Assembly (NCBI GenBank): GCA_001600695.1
Contig: BCKQ01000003.1
Location: 1,185,370 to 1,249,369 of the forward strand
DNA: 64,000 bases
Source of the DNA: Ascoidea asiatica JCM 7603
Taxonomy: Eukaryota > Fungi > Ascomycota
Direction: 5' to 3'
In this document: piece by piece, positions 13,349-23,814 of the stretch
Numbering within the stretch: the first letter of the stretch is position 1
Layout: each line of letters opens with the position of its first letter
Notes under the pieces: model-generated
The model's database searches: none
What the model saw: the letters and a program-made list of their open reading frames with translations, nothing else
What the model was told of the DNA's origin: nothing
Program-made: the position numbers and the translations under genes

Positions 13349-13765
13349 TCATTAATCTATAGGAGTCGTATATCGATATTAATCGAATAAATGATTTTTA
13401 AATCTTGCTTTATGGAAGTATTTTATGTTCACCAAAATTTTACAATTTACAGAATGTAATAAAAGATGGGAAAATGATAGAAATTCCAACCTTTGCCAAT
13501 TCTTTATAATTGTCCAGAATTACGATATGTTTTATCCTAAATTAAAGAAATTTAATACTTAAATTAATTGTGTGCCGATCTATATACAGGACTATAAGAA
13601 GTGGAATAATTGAGTAGAAAAAAAAACATAAAATGAAAATGAAAAAAATTATATAATGAAAATTAATGTAAAAACATAAAAGTATTTTTAAATGTACAAA
13701 AAAAAGAGAATGGAAATAATTTATAAAATGATAATGTAAAATTTTTGTGAATTAAAGGAAAATAT

Positions 13766-16700
13766 TCAACTAAAGAAGTATTGACTGTCTTTTACAACAT
13801 TGACATCAAACTCACCCTTTGGTGGAATTTCTGGCATTCTTAATGCAACCAAAACATTTACAGTAAATGCTGATCTTTTTGGTTTTGATTCAGTTTCAGT
13901 TGCTAAGTCTACTTCGGACTCAGTTTCTTCTGTTTTTTCAGCTTGCTTTGCAGCTTTATTTTTTTTGGTTTTTAATGCCTTTTTAGCCTTGAACTGCTTT
14001 TCACTGGCAATTATTGATTCAATATCAAATCCTTCTGTCAAACTAACGCTGGTTTCCATAGTTAAACCTTCTTGAACATCAACCAAATTACTTGAATTTA
14101 ATAGATTCCTTCGTTTCTTTTCCAACATAATTTCATCTAAAATTGTAACAGTATGACCTAATTCTTTACTAAATTTTTTTCTGAACTCTAATACTTTTTC
14201 ACCAATTTCACTTGATTTTTCAACAGCTACATAGTATAAATAACCTTCATATCTTTTTTCAAATTCATTTCTCAACTTTTGAATTAAATCAACTTCATGC
14301 AATTTGACAAATTGATCCCTTAATACAGTGTTCATGACATCAATATCACTGGCATGTGTCCAATATGAATCATGAACAGCAGCAAATGACAATCCTTTAT
14401 TACCACATTCTGCAGCGGATAGAAGCATATGAGAAGCATCTAATGAATGAATGAAATTGGGTGGGAATGCTGCTTGTTGTTTTCTGGAATCTACCGTGTT
14501 TAAATCAAAAGGATCAGAAATATAAACAGTTTGTAAGTTAGTTGTTATTTGTTTTCTTTTAATATCTCTATATGGTTGAACAATTGGTAATCCTAAAGGT
14601 GTTGTCCAAATAACAGATGCCATACAAACTGGTTGCATTGATTTTGGATTGACAACGTCTGTTTCATTTAAATCAATTCTAATAGACTTCGTTATTCTTT
14701 TAGCACATTCACCTAACCAATCTTGAATTAAATGAGCACCATGAAATAATTCTCTGATGGAAGAAAAAACATGCGAGGTAAGATATCTTGATAAAAAGTA
14801 TGCCTGCTCTTTTCCAAATATATCATTAAGTTGTTTTTGAATTTGATGGGTAGCTCCAATATAAGTAACCCCATAAACATTTGTCATAACTGTTTGTTTG
14901 ACAACTTTTCTTTTTATATGTTTCTGAAGAGCTATAGCACTTTCATTACCTTCAGCAGCATCTTTATCAACACGGGCTTGTACTAATTTAGCAACATGAG
15001 TATAAACATCGTTTGGTTTTTCATGAGGAACAAGATTAACTTGTCTTGCACCTTCCAAATCCCCACCAAGGGCAGCGTAATGCTGTAAACCATTACATGT
15101 ACCATCTTGATGAACTGGTTGATGAGAGATAAACTCTGTAGGATCCTCTAACTTCATTGCTTCGTGAAGTTCCATTATAGTTGCGAGTGCTTGCCATGGC
15201 TTGTCTGCTTCTTTCCACCACATTTTTCCATTTAATGGATCTAAAGCTGAGTCTTCAAGTAATTCAAATTTAGATTCTACGAATTTCACTCTATCATCAA
15301 GAGAGACTTTATCTACTCCAAAGAGATTACTCAAATGAATTTTTAACCATCTCAAACCACGATCACCAAGTTTTTTACCTTTCCAGAAACAAAGTAAAGA
15401 TCTTGAAAGATCATTTCCTAAATAATTTAAATGAGGGGATATTGGATATGATCTACCTCTGAAATCTAAGTTGTTAGGAAAATAAAACTTCTCTCCAACA
15501 TAAGATCTTGCGATTTCTAACTTATAATTAAAATCACATCTTTGAGATCGATTTTGACTATATTCATTTGCTAAAGTTTTGCATTCAGCTTGCCATGCTT
15601 TCTTTTCGCTTGGATCACAATCTCTCTCTGGCTGAGGAGGTAAATTTAGTTTTTCAATTGCTTTTGGTATATCTAAGAAAGTATCACCAGTATTCCATAC
15701 ATTTGTAATAGTATTTAGCATTCGTTCATTTATAGTCCAAGGAGTATTACCAAGAACGTTTAATCCATCATATATTTTATCTAGATCACCATTAGAAGAA
15801 GCTGCTTCAACATATGCTATCTGTTCAGGAGAGTCTTTGGTTCTGATTAATAAATTTGTTGAATAATGATAACCTCCTGAAGTCCAATTAGTCCACTCAT
15901 TTGGTTTAACTAACATTGGTAAAGATTGAGGATTTATTGTTTTACCTAAATCTTCAGTGGCTAAACTATCAATTAATGAAGGATGGAAACGAATTACACC
16001 TAATTTTGTTCCATTATTATATTGATAAGAATGATAAAGAGCAGGCTGAGAACCAACAACTTTTTTATTAGTTCTTGGATCAATTGCTTGGACATCTACT
16101 TTAGCTACATTAATTAAATATGAAATTAATATTGCTCCGATTCTTGCCCTGATATGAGAAGGCCATTCAATCATTGCAGCTTTTTCAGAATTTTCACTTC
16201 TGAAAAAAATTTTTGTTGATCTGATTAATTTTTGTAATTTTAAACTTTGTTTTGATAAATGAGCAAAAGTTTTGTCTTCTAATTGTAATAATTCGTCAGC
16301 TCTGAATTCATATTCGATAGCTTTTCCAACTGCCATTACAGCTCTTGCAGTTCTCATACCATCATGAATCCCTCCAGTTGAGTGTAATTTTAATAATTCA
16401 AGAATTGTTATAACAGTCATTCTTTTTGGATCTATTAGTTGAAAATATGGGCCATATTCAATTCTTTCTTTAAATTTTGATCTTTCAGAAGAAGATAAAT
16501 TAGGATTAGCTTTTTTATCTACAGAATCTAAAGCTTCTTGACATAGTTGAACTTCATTTTCTACTAATGGATACATATCATTATACCATTTCCATAATCT
16601 TGAATTTAATGCTCGTTTTATTGGTAATGAGCCTCTTTTTTTTAAATCTAAAGCTTCATGTTTCCAACTTTCATGAGCTGCTTCTATTGATCTTGCTTCT

Positions 16701-18013
16701 AATTGTTTTTGTCTTTCTTCATTATATAATTCTAAAGTTTCATCAAATTTTTGTTGTTTTTCAGGATCATTTTGTAAAGATTTATAAAGTTCAAAAAAAT
16801 TTAGTTTATTTGAATCCATCATAATACTTGAATTTTTTAAATTTTCAATTAAAGTTTCTAAATTATCATTGTTTATTTCAGGAGATAAAGATAAAAGAGT
16901 ATGTCTAATTGCTTTCATACCATAAGAATCAACAGATTTTAATTCTTTTAAATTTTCTTTATTTAAGGAAGGAGGTAAATCTTTATTATTTTCATCGAAA
17001 TAATTTTTTTTACCATGAGATAAATAAAAATCGTTTGAAGTTGAATTTTGTAATTGATTTTGAATTTGAATTAACTTTGAATCTTTTGGATGTTTTATAT
17101 TATCAGGAGATGAATTAATATTTAAATCTTTTTCAGAAATTAGATTACTATTTATAATTTGTTCAGAAATTAAAGATTTATATTGTTTTGGAATATAATT
17201 AATATAATCATTATCAATTAAAATTAATTTTTTAATATTATTTAAACCTAAAATATTTACATAAGATAATAAATCATTTATTTTATAATCACAATTATCA
17301 AAATATTTGGTTATTTCAATTTTTTCAGTTAAATTATCAACATGATTTTCTAAAATAAATTTTAAATAAATTGCAAAAGTTTTTTCATTTGGATTTATAT
17401 TGAATCTTGTTTTAATTGAAGAGATGAAATTACTTAAATCTTTTCTTGTTAATGAATGATTTTTTGATATTGACCAATTATAAAAATAATCATTAATTGG
17501 ATTAATTAAATCTATATTTGAATTTATTGAAAGATTTGTAGAAATTAATTTATTTTGAATTTTTGATGAAGAGTCTTTTGAGTTATTTAATCTAGAATAA
17601 GAATTTGATAAAGAATCAAGTATTGATAAAGCTCTTGAAAATTGTCCCGAAGATATACAAGCTTCTAATAAAGAATATAAATGTGCTAAATTTTTTTCAT
17701 TAGATAATTGATTTTTCAAAGACGAAGCAGGAATATCAAATAATCTATTATTTGATAATTTTTTTGGATTTTGTTTTGAATCATTATATTTTTCATTAAC
17801 CGGATTCAAGAAATTTATTGGAGGTGAAGAATGAGAGAAATTATTTGAGACACTTGAAATATTTGAAGAAAAAGATTCAGGAACTTTTTTTTTTGTAGTT
17901 GAATGAATATTTCTATAACTTATTAAAAAATTAACATTATTAACTTTTGAAGATATTGAGGAAATATTTGAAGATGAATATGAGTTTTTTTGTTTTAGTA
18001 TTAGTTTAAACAT
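13766..18013 (-). CDS. RPO41: Mitochondrial T7-like RNA polymerase
   Basis: Motifs LDFRGRSYP, HQDGTCNGLQHYAALG, RKVVKQTVMTNVYGVT, PPNFIHSLDASHM, AVHDSYWTHA and C-terminal YFFS. N-terminal presequence. Confidence 0.97.
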   Translation of the reverse strand: MFKLILKQKNSYSSSNISSISSKVNNVNFLISYRNIHSTTKKKVPESFSSNISSVSNNFSHSSPPINFLNPVNEKYNDSKQNPKKLSNNRLFDIPASSLKNQLSNEKNLAHLYSLLEACISSGQFSRALSILDSLSNSYSRLNNSKDSSSKIQNKLISTNLSINSNIDLINPINDYFYNWSISKNHSLTRKDLSNFISSIKTRFNINPNEKTFAIYLKFILENHVDNLTEKIEITKYFDNCDYKINDLLSYVNILGLNNIKKLILIDNDYINYIPKQYKSLISEQIINSNLISEKDLNINSSPDNIKHPKDSKLIQIQNQLQNSTSNDFYLSHGKKNYFDENNKDLPPSLNKENLKELKSVDSYGMKAIRHTLLSLSPEINNDNLETLIENLKNSSIMMDSNKLNFFELYKSLQNDPEKQQKFDETLELYNEERQKQLEARSIEAAHESWKHEALDLKKRGSLPIKRALNSRLWKWYNDMYPLVENEVQLCQEALDSVDKKANPNLSSSERSKFKERIEYGPYFQLIDPKRMTVITILELLKLHSTGGIHDGMRTARAVMAVGKAIEYEFRADELLQLEDKTFAHLSKQSLKLQKLIRSTKIFFRSENSEKAAMIEWPSHIRARIGAILISYLINVAKVDVQAIDPRTNKKVVGSQPALYHSYQYNNGTKLGVIRFHPSLIDSLATEDLGKTINPQSLPMLVKPNEWTNWTSGGYHYSTNLLIRTKDSPEQIAYVEAASSNGDLDKIYDGLNVLGNTPWTINERMLNTITNVWNTGDTFLDIPKAIEKLNLPPQPERDCDPSEKKAWQAECKTLANEYSQNRSQRCDFNYKLEIARSYVGEKFYFPNNLDFRGRSYPISPHLNYLGNDLSRSLLCFWKGKKLGDRGLRWLKIHLSNLFGVDKVSLDDRVKFVESKFELLEDSALDPLNGKMWWKEADKPWQALATIMELHEAMKLEDPTEFISHQPVHQDGTCNGLQHYAALGGDLEGARQVNLVPHEKPNDVYTHVAKLVQARVDKDAAEGNESAIALQKHIKRKVVKQTVMTNVYGVTYIGATHQIQKQLNDIFGKEQAYFLSRYLTSHVFSSIRELFHGAHLIQDWLGECAKRITKSIRIDLNETDVVNPKSMQPVCMASVIWTTPLGLPIVQPYRDIKRKQITTNLQTVYISDPFDLNTVDSRKQQAAFPPNFIHSLDASHMLLSAAECGNKGLSFAAVHDSYWTHASDIDVMNTVLRDQFVKLHEVDLIQKLRNEFEKRYEGYLYYVAVEKSSEIGEKVLEFRKKFSKELGHTVTILDEIMLEKKRRNLLNSSNLVDVQEGLTMETSVSLTEGFDIESIIASEKQFKAKKALKTKKNKAAKQAEKTEETESEVDLATETESKPKRSAFTVNVLVALRMPEIPPKGEFDVNVVKDSQYFFS

Positions 18014-18400
18014 TTTAGGATATTATTATAAACAAAATAGATAAAAGAGATGCCAAAATAATCTGAAGGATAGTAAAATAAGAAATCCAGAGAAATTATA
18101 TTTCTGTTTTTATTTTTATTATTTATTAATTATTTTTGGATCCCTAGATTGGTATATTTACAGAAGGGCAAAAAATAAAAAGAAAGCAAAAGAAAAAAGA
18201 AGAAAAAACGATATGAAGTTCTTAAAAGAGGATTTAAATTTTTATTATTTTATATATTGAGTTTATATTTCTAAAAAAATGAATCTATTACTGCTTCAGT
18301 TATAATTTCAGTCCAAAATCAATATTTTTATTGAATAATTCCACTAATTATAAAATAATGCAGACTGAAATTTTTCTAAAATTGAAAAAAATAAAAAAAA

Positions 18401-18580
18401 CCCGGAAAAGACGCCGGAAAAGATCACGGAAAAAATAATGCGGAGATTTACTGAAACTCATTTCCATACCTCGGAGAGAAAAAAACATTTTTTTTCCATG
18501 CCGCGGAGATTGTTACGGATATTTCCGTTTTAATTTCCTTCTTATCCGTAACTTCTGGAAAAAGAAAGAACTCCGCAGAA
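18401..18580. promoter_or_regulatory. Dense cluster of about 10 CGGA half-sites (Zn2Cys6/Rgt1-type) in the RPO41 / GH81 divergent promoter
   Basis: CGGAAAA x3, CGGAGAT x2, CGGAGAG and CGGATAT on +, three TCCG on the other strand, and CCGCGGA, all in an otherwise very AT-rich region. Confidence 0.55.
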
Positions 18581-18893
18581 CTGGTCTCATCACGTTTTTG
18601 TTTTCATTTTAAAAGATGGCTCAAAGCACAGCCAAATCAGAGTGAAATTCATGAGCTGGAGTAAATCAATACACTGACAAAATGGCAGAGTAAATAGAGT
18701 AAAAGTAAAGGTTATTGATGAATATATTGGAAATCTATGAATTACTTTTTTCATAATTTAATAAGTTACCAGAATAATCTTTTAGGATTTGTATTAAAAC
18801 ATCAGTGAGATCAATTGTTTCAGAAACAATTGAATTATCTTTTTTCCTGATTGATAAATCTTCACTTCATTCTTATTTATATTCCATTCTTCT

Positions 18894-21680
18894 ATGCCTG
18901 ATAGCGATTCTGAAGAATACTTAGCTTATCATAACCCAAATAATAATCCCAATTCCAATAACAATCACCACAATCAAATTCAAAATCATAACTATAACTC
19001 AGCTAGTTTTTCTCAAAAGAAAAAAAAGTACTTTCACTTACCATTGCTTGTTTTAATTTTACTTTTTTCAATTGTAATAATCGCTCTAATCAAAACAAGA
19101 ATGTCATATAATAGACCAAAATTTCCATTACCTGTTGATAGGAATAAGGAAAATTCCTTTTTAAATAAATTAACTTCAAAGGTTTCTTCATTATCAATTG
19201 ATTCTCAAAGACATCCTCATTTATCAAATTTTCAGTCAACTTTTGAATCCAAAATTTCTCAGTTTACAAATACTAATACTAATACAAACACCGATAATAA
19301 TATTAATAATAATAATAACCAATATCATACGTCTAATTATCAACAACCAATTCAAACTCAATTACCCACTCAATCATATTCTCAAACTAATTCCAAATCT
19401 TCTTCTCAATCATCAATTGACTATCATGATAATTATGAAAATGAAGAACTATTCAATGACTCAATTTCAAATTTAAATCCAGCAAATTATTTCGAATCAA
19501 AAAATCATCCTTTATCTTACCCCTTATATTATATTCAAAATTTTAATGAAAATTTACCAATTCAATCAAATAAATTTTATACAAATTTATTATTATTTAA
19601 TCAAGATGATAATAATTTAAAACAATCAACAACAATTTGGACTCATCCATATTCTTTTTCATTTTCAAAAGTTGATAGTTTAGATTCTGGTCTTTCAATT
19701 TCTCAAATTAATGATAATCAAAAAGTTTTCTCAACTGATAATTTACCTCATGAATATTATTTAAATCCAATAATGATAAAATCTTTTATAATTTCTTCTA
19801 AACAATTTAATCAAAATAATAATATTACTAATTTAAAATTCTCTTCAAATAATTTAAATCATTTATCATTTAATTTAAGTCTATTCTTGAAAAATGATAA
19901 TCCAAATAATATTATTCAATTTCCAATGGTTCAAGGTATGGCTTTCATAACTTCTTTATTCTATAATGATTTGATACCTTCAATAAAATCAAAAATTGGG
20001 TTTAAATCAATTGAAAAATTAAATAACTTAAATGATTTCAATAATAATAATAATTTAATCATTCAAAAATACAAAATTACTTTATATGATAATTCAATTT
20101 GGTCAATTTATGTCTCAAATTTACCAAAAAATAATAATTTTAATTTAGTTAGAATTGATAATAATAATATAGAAGCAAATCAGCCTCCTTCAGTTTATTA
20201 TTCAAATACACAACCAATTGTTATTCAAATAGCTTCTGGATTTTCAAATTTTTATGATCAATCTGCTGGTATTTATACTTATAATACAACTATTTCTTCT
20301 CAATTCTTAACAAAAAATATTGAAAACCCTTCTTTAACATATTCTTTTAATTTTAAAACAAATTCAAATTCAAAATATCCATTAATGTTTGCTTTACCTC
20401 ATCATTACAATCATTTTACTCATAAAACACTTTCAACCAAATCTGATATAATTTTAGATTCAACAACAATGGGTAAAATGCTTTCTTTTTTAACAAATAA
20501 ATTTGAAATTATTAATTATGATTTACCATTAAATATTGAATTTGATTCTTTTAGTCAATTAAATATTAATGCAAATAATAGAATCAATTCAAATTCTTTA
20601 AACTTAATTCAAACTGCAGCTGAAAAAGAGATTAATGAAGATATTTTTAATTTATCAAATTTAGACTCAATGTATTTCTCTGGTAAGAAATTAGATAAAT
20701 ATGCTTTTATATTGTACACAACTCACTATATTTTGAAAAATCAAAGTTTAACTTTGAAACTATTACCAATTTTAATAAAATCTTTTAATAGATTTTCAAA
20801 ATTACAAAATATATCAAAACTAATCTATGATAATAACTATAAAGGTTTGATTTCAATTGCAGGTACAAATGATGATCCAAATCAAGATTTTGGTAATTCT
20901 TTTTATAATGATCATCATTTTCATTATAGTTATTTCATTCATACTGCCGCAATTATTGTTAAAGTTGAAAAAGATTTAAACGATGGAGAAAGTAAATTCT
21001 TCAATAATAATAAAAATTTTATTGAATTTTTAATTAGAGATATTTGTAATCCTTCAAATAATGATAAATTTTTCCCAACTTTTAGATCTTTTGATTGGTT
21101 CAATGGTCATTCTTGGGCAAAAGGTTTGTTTGAAAGTGCAGATGGAAAAGATGAAGAATCAACCTCAGAAGATTATCATTGTTATTATAGTATCAAATTA
21201 TGGGCCTTAGCTACAAATAATTTAAGATTAATAAAATTATCTGATTTAATTTTGACAATTATGAAAAATTCTATTACTTCATATATGTTAATGGATAATG
21301 ATAATAAAATCCAACCAAAGAGTTTTATTGGTAATAAAGTCAGTGGAATTTTTTTTGAAAATAAAATTCATCATACTACTTATTTTGGTGCCAACTTAGA
21401 ATATATTCAAGGAATTCATATGATTCCAATAACTCCAATAAGTAGTTATTTTAGAAGTCCTAAATTTGTTTCAGAAGAATGGAATGAGAAATTGATTAAT
21501 CATATTAATACTGTTGAAGGTGGTTGGAAAGGTATTTTAATGTTAAATACAGCTTTATTCAATCCAAAACTTGCTTGGAATTTTTTTTGTAAAAATAATT
21601 TTAATTATGGCTATCTTGATGATGGAATGTCTTTAACATGGTCATTAGCATACATTGCCTCAATTGGAGGTGGTCAATGA
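18894..21680 (+). CDS. ACF2: GH81 endo-1,3-beta-glucanase (Acf2/Eng2-like)
   Basis: Motifs QSNKFYTNL, FPMVQGM, SMYFSGK, DFGNSFYNDHHFHYSY, RSFDWFNGHSWAKGL, catalytic DEESTSED and GIHMIP. Confidence 0.9.
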   Translation: MPDSDSEEYLAYHNPNNNPNSNNNHHNQIQNHNYNSASFSQKKKKYFHLPLLVLILLFSIVIIALIKTRMSYNRPKFPLPVDRNKENSFLNKLTSKVSSLSIDSQRHPHLSNFQSTFESKISQFTNTNTNTNTDNNINNNNNQYHTSNYQQPIQTQLPTQSYSQTNSKSSSQSSIDYHDNYENEELFNDSISNLNPANYFESKNHPLSYPLYYIQNFNENLPIQSNKFYTNLLLFNQDDNNLKQSTTIWTHPYSFSFSKVDSLDSGLSISQINDNQKVFSTDNLPHEYYLNPIMIKSFIISSKQFNQNNNITNLKFSSNNLNHLSFNLSLFLKNDNPNNIIQFPMVQGMAFITSLFYNDLIPSIKSKIGFKSIEKLNNLNDFNNNNNLIIQKYKITLYDNSIWSIYVSNLPKNNNFNLVRIDNNNIEANQPPSVYYSNTQPIVIQIASGFSNFYDQSAGIYTYNTTISSQFLTKNIENPSLTYSFNFKTNSNSKYPLMFALPHHYNHFTHKTLSTKSDIILDSTTMGKMLSFLTNKFEIINYDLPLNIEFDSFSQLNINANNRINSNSLNLIQTAAEKEINEDIFNLSNLDSMYFSGKKLDKYAFILYTTHYILKNQSLTLKLLPILIKSFNRFSKLQNISKLIYDNNYKGLISIAGTNDDPNQDFGNSFYNDHHFHYSYFIHTAAIIVKVEKDLNDGESKFFNNNKNFIEFLIRDICNPSNNDKFFPTFRSFDWFNGHSWAKGLFESADGKDEESTSEDYHCYYSIKLWALATNNLRLIKLSDLILTIMKNSITSYMLMDNDNKIQPKSFIGNKVSGIFFENKIHHTTYFGANLEYIQGIHMIPITPISSYFRSPKFVSEEWNEKLINHINTVEGGWKGILMLNTALFNPKLAWNFFCKNNFNYGYLDDGMSLTWSLAYIASIGGGQ

Positions 21681-21806
21681 TTTTTCAATCATTCATAATA
21701 TACAACTGCATTATATAAAATATTTAATGAAAACTGATTAATGAATATAGATATACTGTATATATATATATAGTAAATTAAAAATGCAATATATTTACAT
21801 AAAGAA

Positions 21807-22370
21807 TTATAATTTAGCTAAAATTGAATCAGCACCACTAACAGAGACTCCACTTTTAGTTTCTTGTTCGGAATAGACAACTATGCCATTTTTAACAACA
21901 ATAGCATATCTTGAAGTTCTAAGTCCCATACCATTAGCACTTGCATCCTTTGTGTAACCGATTGAATTTGAAAATTGAGTATTTCCATCACTTGCAAATA
22001 CAACTTTTGGAGTGAAAGTAGATTCTAAAGTTTCCTTTAATGAAAATGGTAATTCTTTTGAACTGAATAAATCTTTTTTCCAAGCATTTAAAACAAAGCA
22101 ATCATTGTTCGAAATAATTAAAATTAAATCAACTTTTTTAGTTTTGAAATCATCCAATTTTTTCAAGATATCTGGAATATGAGTATTACTACATGTTGGA
22201 GTAAAAGCACCAGGAACCGAAACTATAATAAAAGTTTTATATTTCTTCATAAATTCATCATCAATTGTTAATTTCAATGGTCTTGAGCATGCATTAGTTT
22301 CTAGATCTATATCAAGATGTCTGAATTCAAAACCTGTTGGGAATTTGGAATTAACTTTTAAGCCAGTCAT
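21807..22370 (-). CDS. AHP1: Prx5-type peroxiredoxin (Ahp1/Pmp20) with peroxisomal PTS1
   Basis: PGAFTPTCS peroxidatic Cys motif, upstream Cys in NACSRP, GLRTSRYA, C-terminal AKL. Confidence 0.85.
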   Translation of the reverse strand: MTGLKVNSKFPTGFEFRHLDIDLETNACSRPLKLTIDDEFMKKYKTFIIVSVPGAFTPTCSNTHIPDILKKLDDFKTKKVDLILIISNNDCFVLNAWKKDLFSSKELPFSLKETLESTFTPKVVFASDGNTQFSNSIGYTKDASANGMGLRTSRYAIVVKNGIVVYSEQETKSGVSVSGADSILAKL

Positions 22371-22848
22371 TGTTGAATTAGTTCACGATATTAGCACTTG
22401 GATATGAAAATATATTCAATAGGAAAATGAGTTTTTGATTCTTTTCTAATTGAATTATCTGAAGAATTGAAAGTATCAACTCAAGAATTCTTTTTGCAAA
22501 TGAAAAAAATAATGGATTTTTTTATTACTTTATATGATTAGTAACTACTCGAGTTTGCCCGGTATTAGAGATGGAGATGCTGTAGATCGGGTTTGAATCG
22601 CTCCTCCGAGATCAGTTCTATTTCAGGATTTAAATACAAAACAATAGAGTAAATAATCAAAAAAGATAATACTTATTGAAACTTATTGAAATTCGTTATT
22701 AATTGGAAGATTATATATATATATAAAGATAAAAGAAATAAAACTGATCTATATATTGTATACTATAAAGTTTTAAAAGCGATTGGCAATTACTGAAAGA
22801 GTTCATCCCTTTTTTTGCAGTAAAAAAAAAAAATCAAAAACATTCATA

Positions 22849-23814
22849 TTAATCAACAATATCCATTATTTCTTTTATGAAATCAAAATAAGAAAACAGT
22901 GCATAAGGATCATTAGAACTATAATTTTTTTCTTTGAGGTTATTATTTTTCTCATGTTTTATGAAAATTTGAGTTAATTGAATAATCAAAAGTATACTTT
23001 CAACAAAAGAGTCAAATTTCATGACATTATTATTATCATTGGTAGAATGAGAAGGAGGTAAAAGTATTGAATATTTTCTAAATATGAAACTATTCAAATC
23101 CCTTGATAAATTAAATTTCAAGCCTATCAAAGCATTATTGAATTCATTTTCATCGATATAAAAATTTTTATCAATATCTGAATTTGAAAAAATATTTCTC
23201 CACGATAAAATCCCATCAAATAAAAGTTTAAATTCATCGAAATCTAATAGAAGTGAACTGTTTAAATTACCATTGTTTGAAAGATTTTTATTTGGTAAAA
23301 ATTTTTTTATTAATGATTTTATAGTTGAGATCCTAAAAGATGAGGAGTCATCATTTCTTAAGGCTAATTGTAATTCATAAAGATTTAAATATCCATCATT
23401 ATTTCTATCCACTCTTTTGAAAGAATTTTTTAATTGATCTTTCATTGATAATGGTTGCTTTATTTCATTTTCATCTGTTACTGGACTTTGATGAGGCAAT
23501 GAAGAATTTCCATTTGTTGATGATTGCTTATTCATAGCAAATTCATTAGCAGCTTCCATTGTTGAAAACATTCTTGTATCTGTTATAGGCTGATGTTTAT
23601 TTATAATTTCATTATCATTTTGAATCTCTGGAGATTTAGATTGAGACTGAGATTCAGGTTGATTCAACTCTCTTGGAGTTGTGAACATGATTAAATCATC
23701 TCCTTTATATTTATTTAAGCTCGGATCTGATCTGTTGATTGGCAAAGAATTTTCTTCTTTAATGCTCTTTGATTGATGTGATTTTTGTTTCAATTTCATA
23801 TGACTCAAAAACAT
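22849..23814 (-). CDS. PEF1: Penta-EF-hand protein (peflin/ALG-2 family)
   Basis: EF loops DRNNDGYLNLYEL and DIDKNFYIDENEF, LQLALRNDD..F, FDSFVE and terminal FSYFDFI, after a disordered N-terminus. Confidence 0.8.
   Translation of the reverse strand: MFLSHMKLKQKSHQSKSIKEENSLPINRSDPSLNKYKGDDLIMFTTPRELNQPESQSQSKSPEIQNDNEIINKHQPITDTRMFSTMEAANEFAMNKQSSTNGNSSLPHQSPVTDENEIKQPLSMKDQLKNSFKRVDRNNDGYLNLYELQLALRNDDSSSFRISTIKSLIKKFLPNKNLSNNGNLNSSLLLDFDEFKLLFDGILSWRNIFSNSDIDKNFYIDENEFNNALIGLKFNLSRDLNSFIFRKYSILLPPSHSTNDNNNVMKFDSFVESILLIIQLTQIFIKHEKNNNLKEKNYSSNDPYALFSYFDFIKEIMDIVD

Noticed and set aside
13766-18013. T7-like RNA polymerase as a phage or plasmid insertion
   Set aside because: It has a mitochondrial presequence and the fungal Rpo41 C-terminus, so it is the normal nuclear gene.
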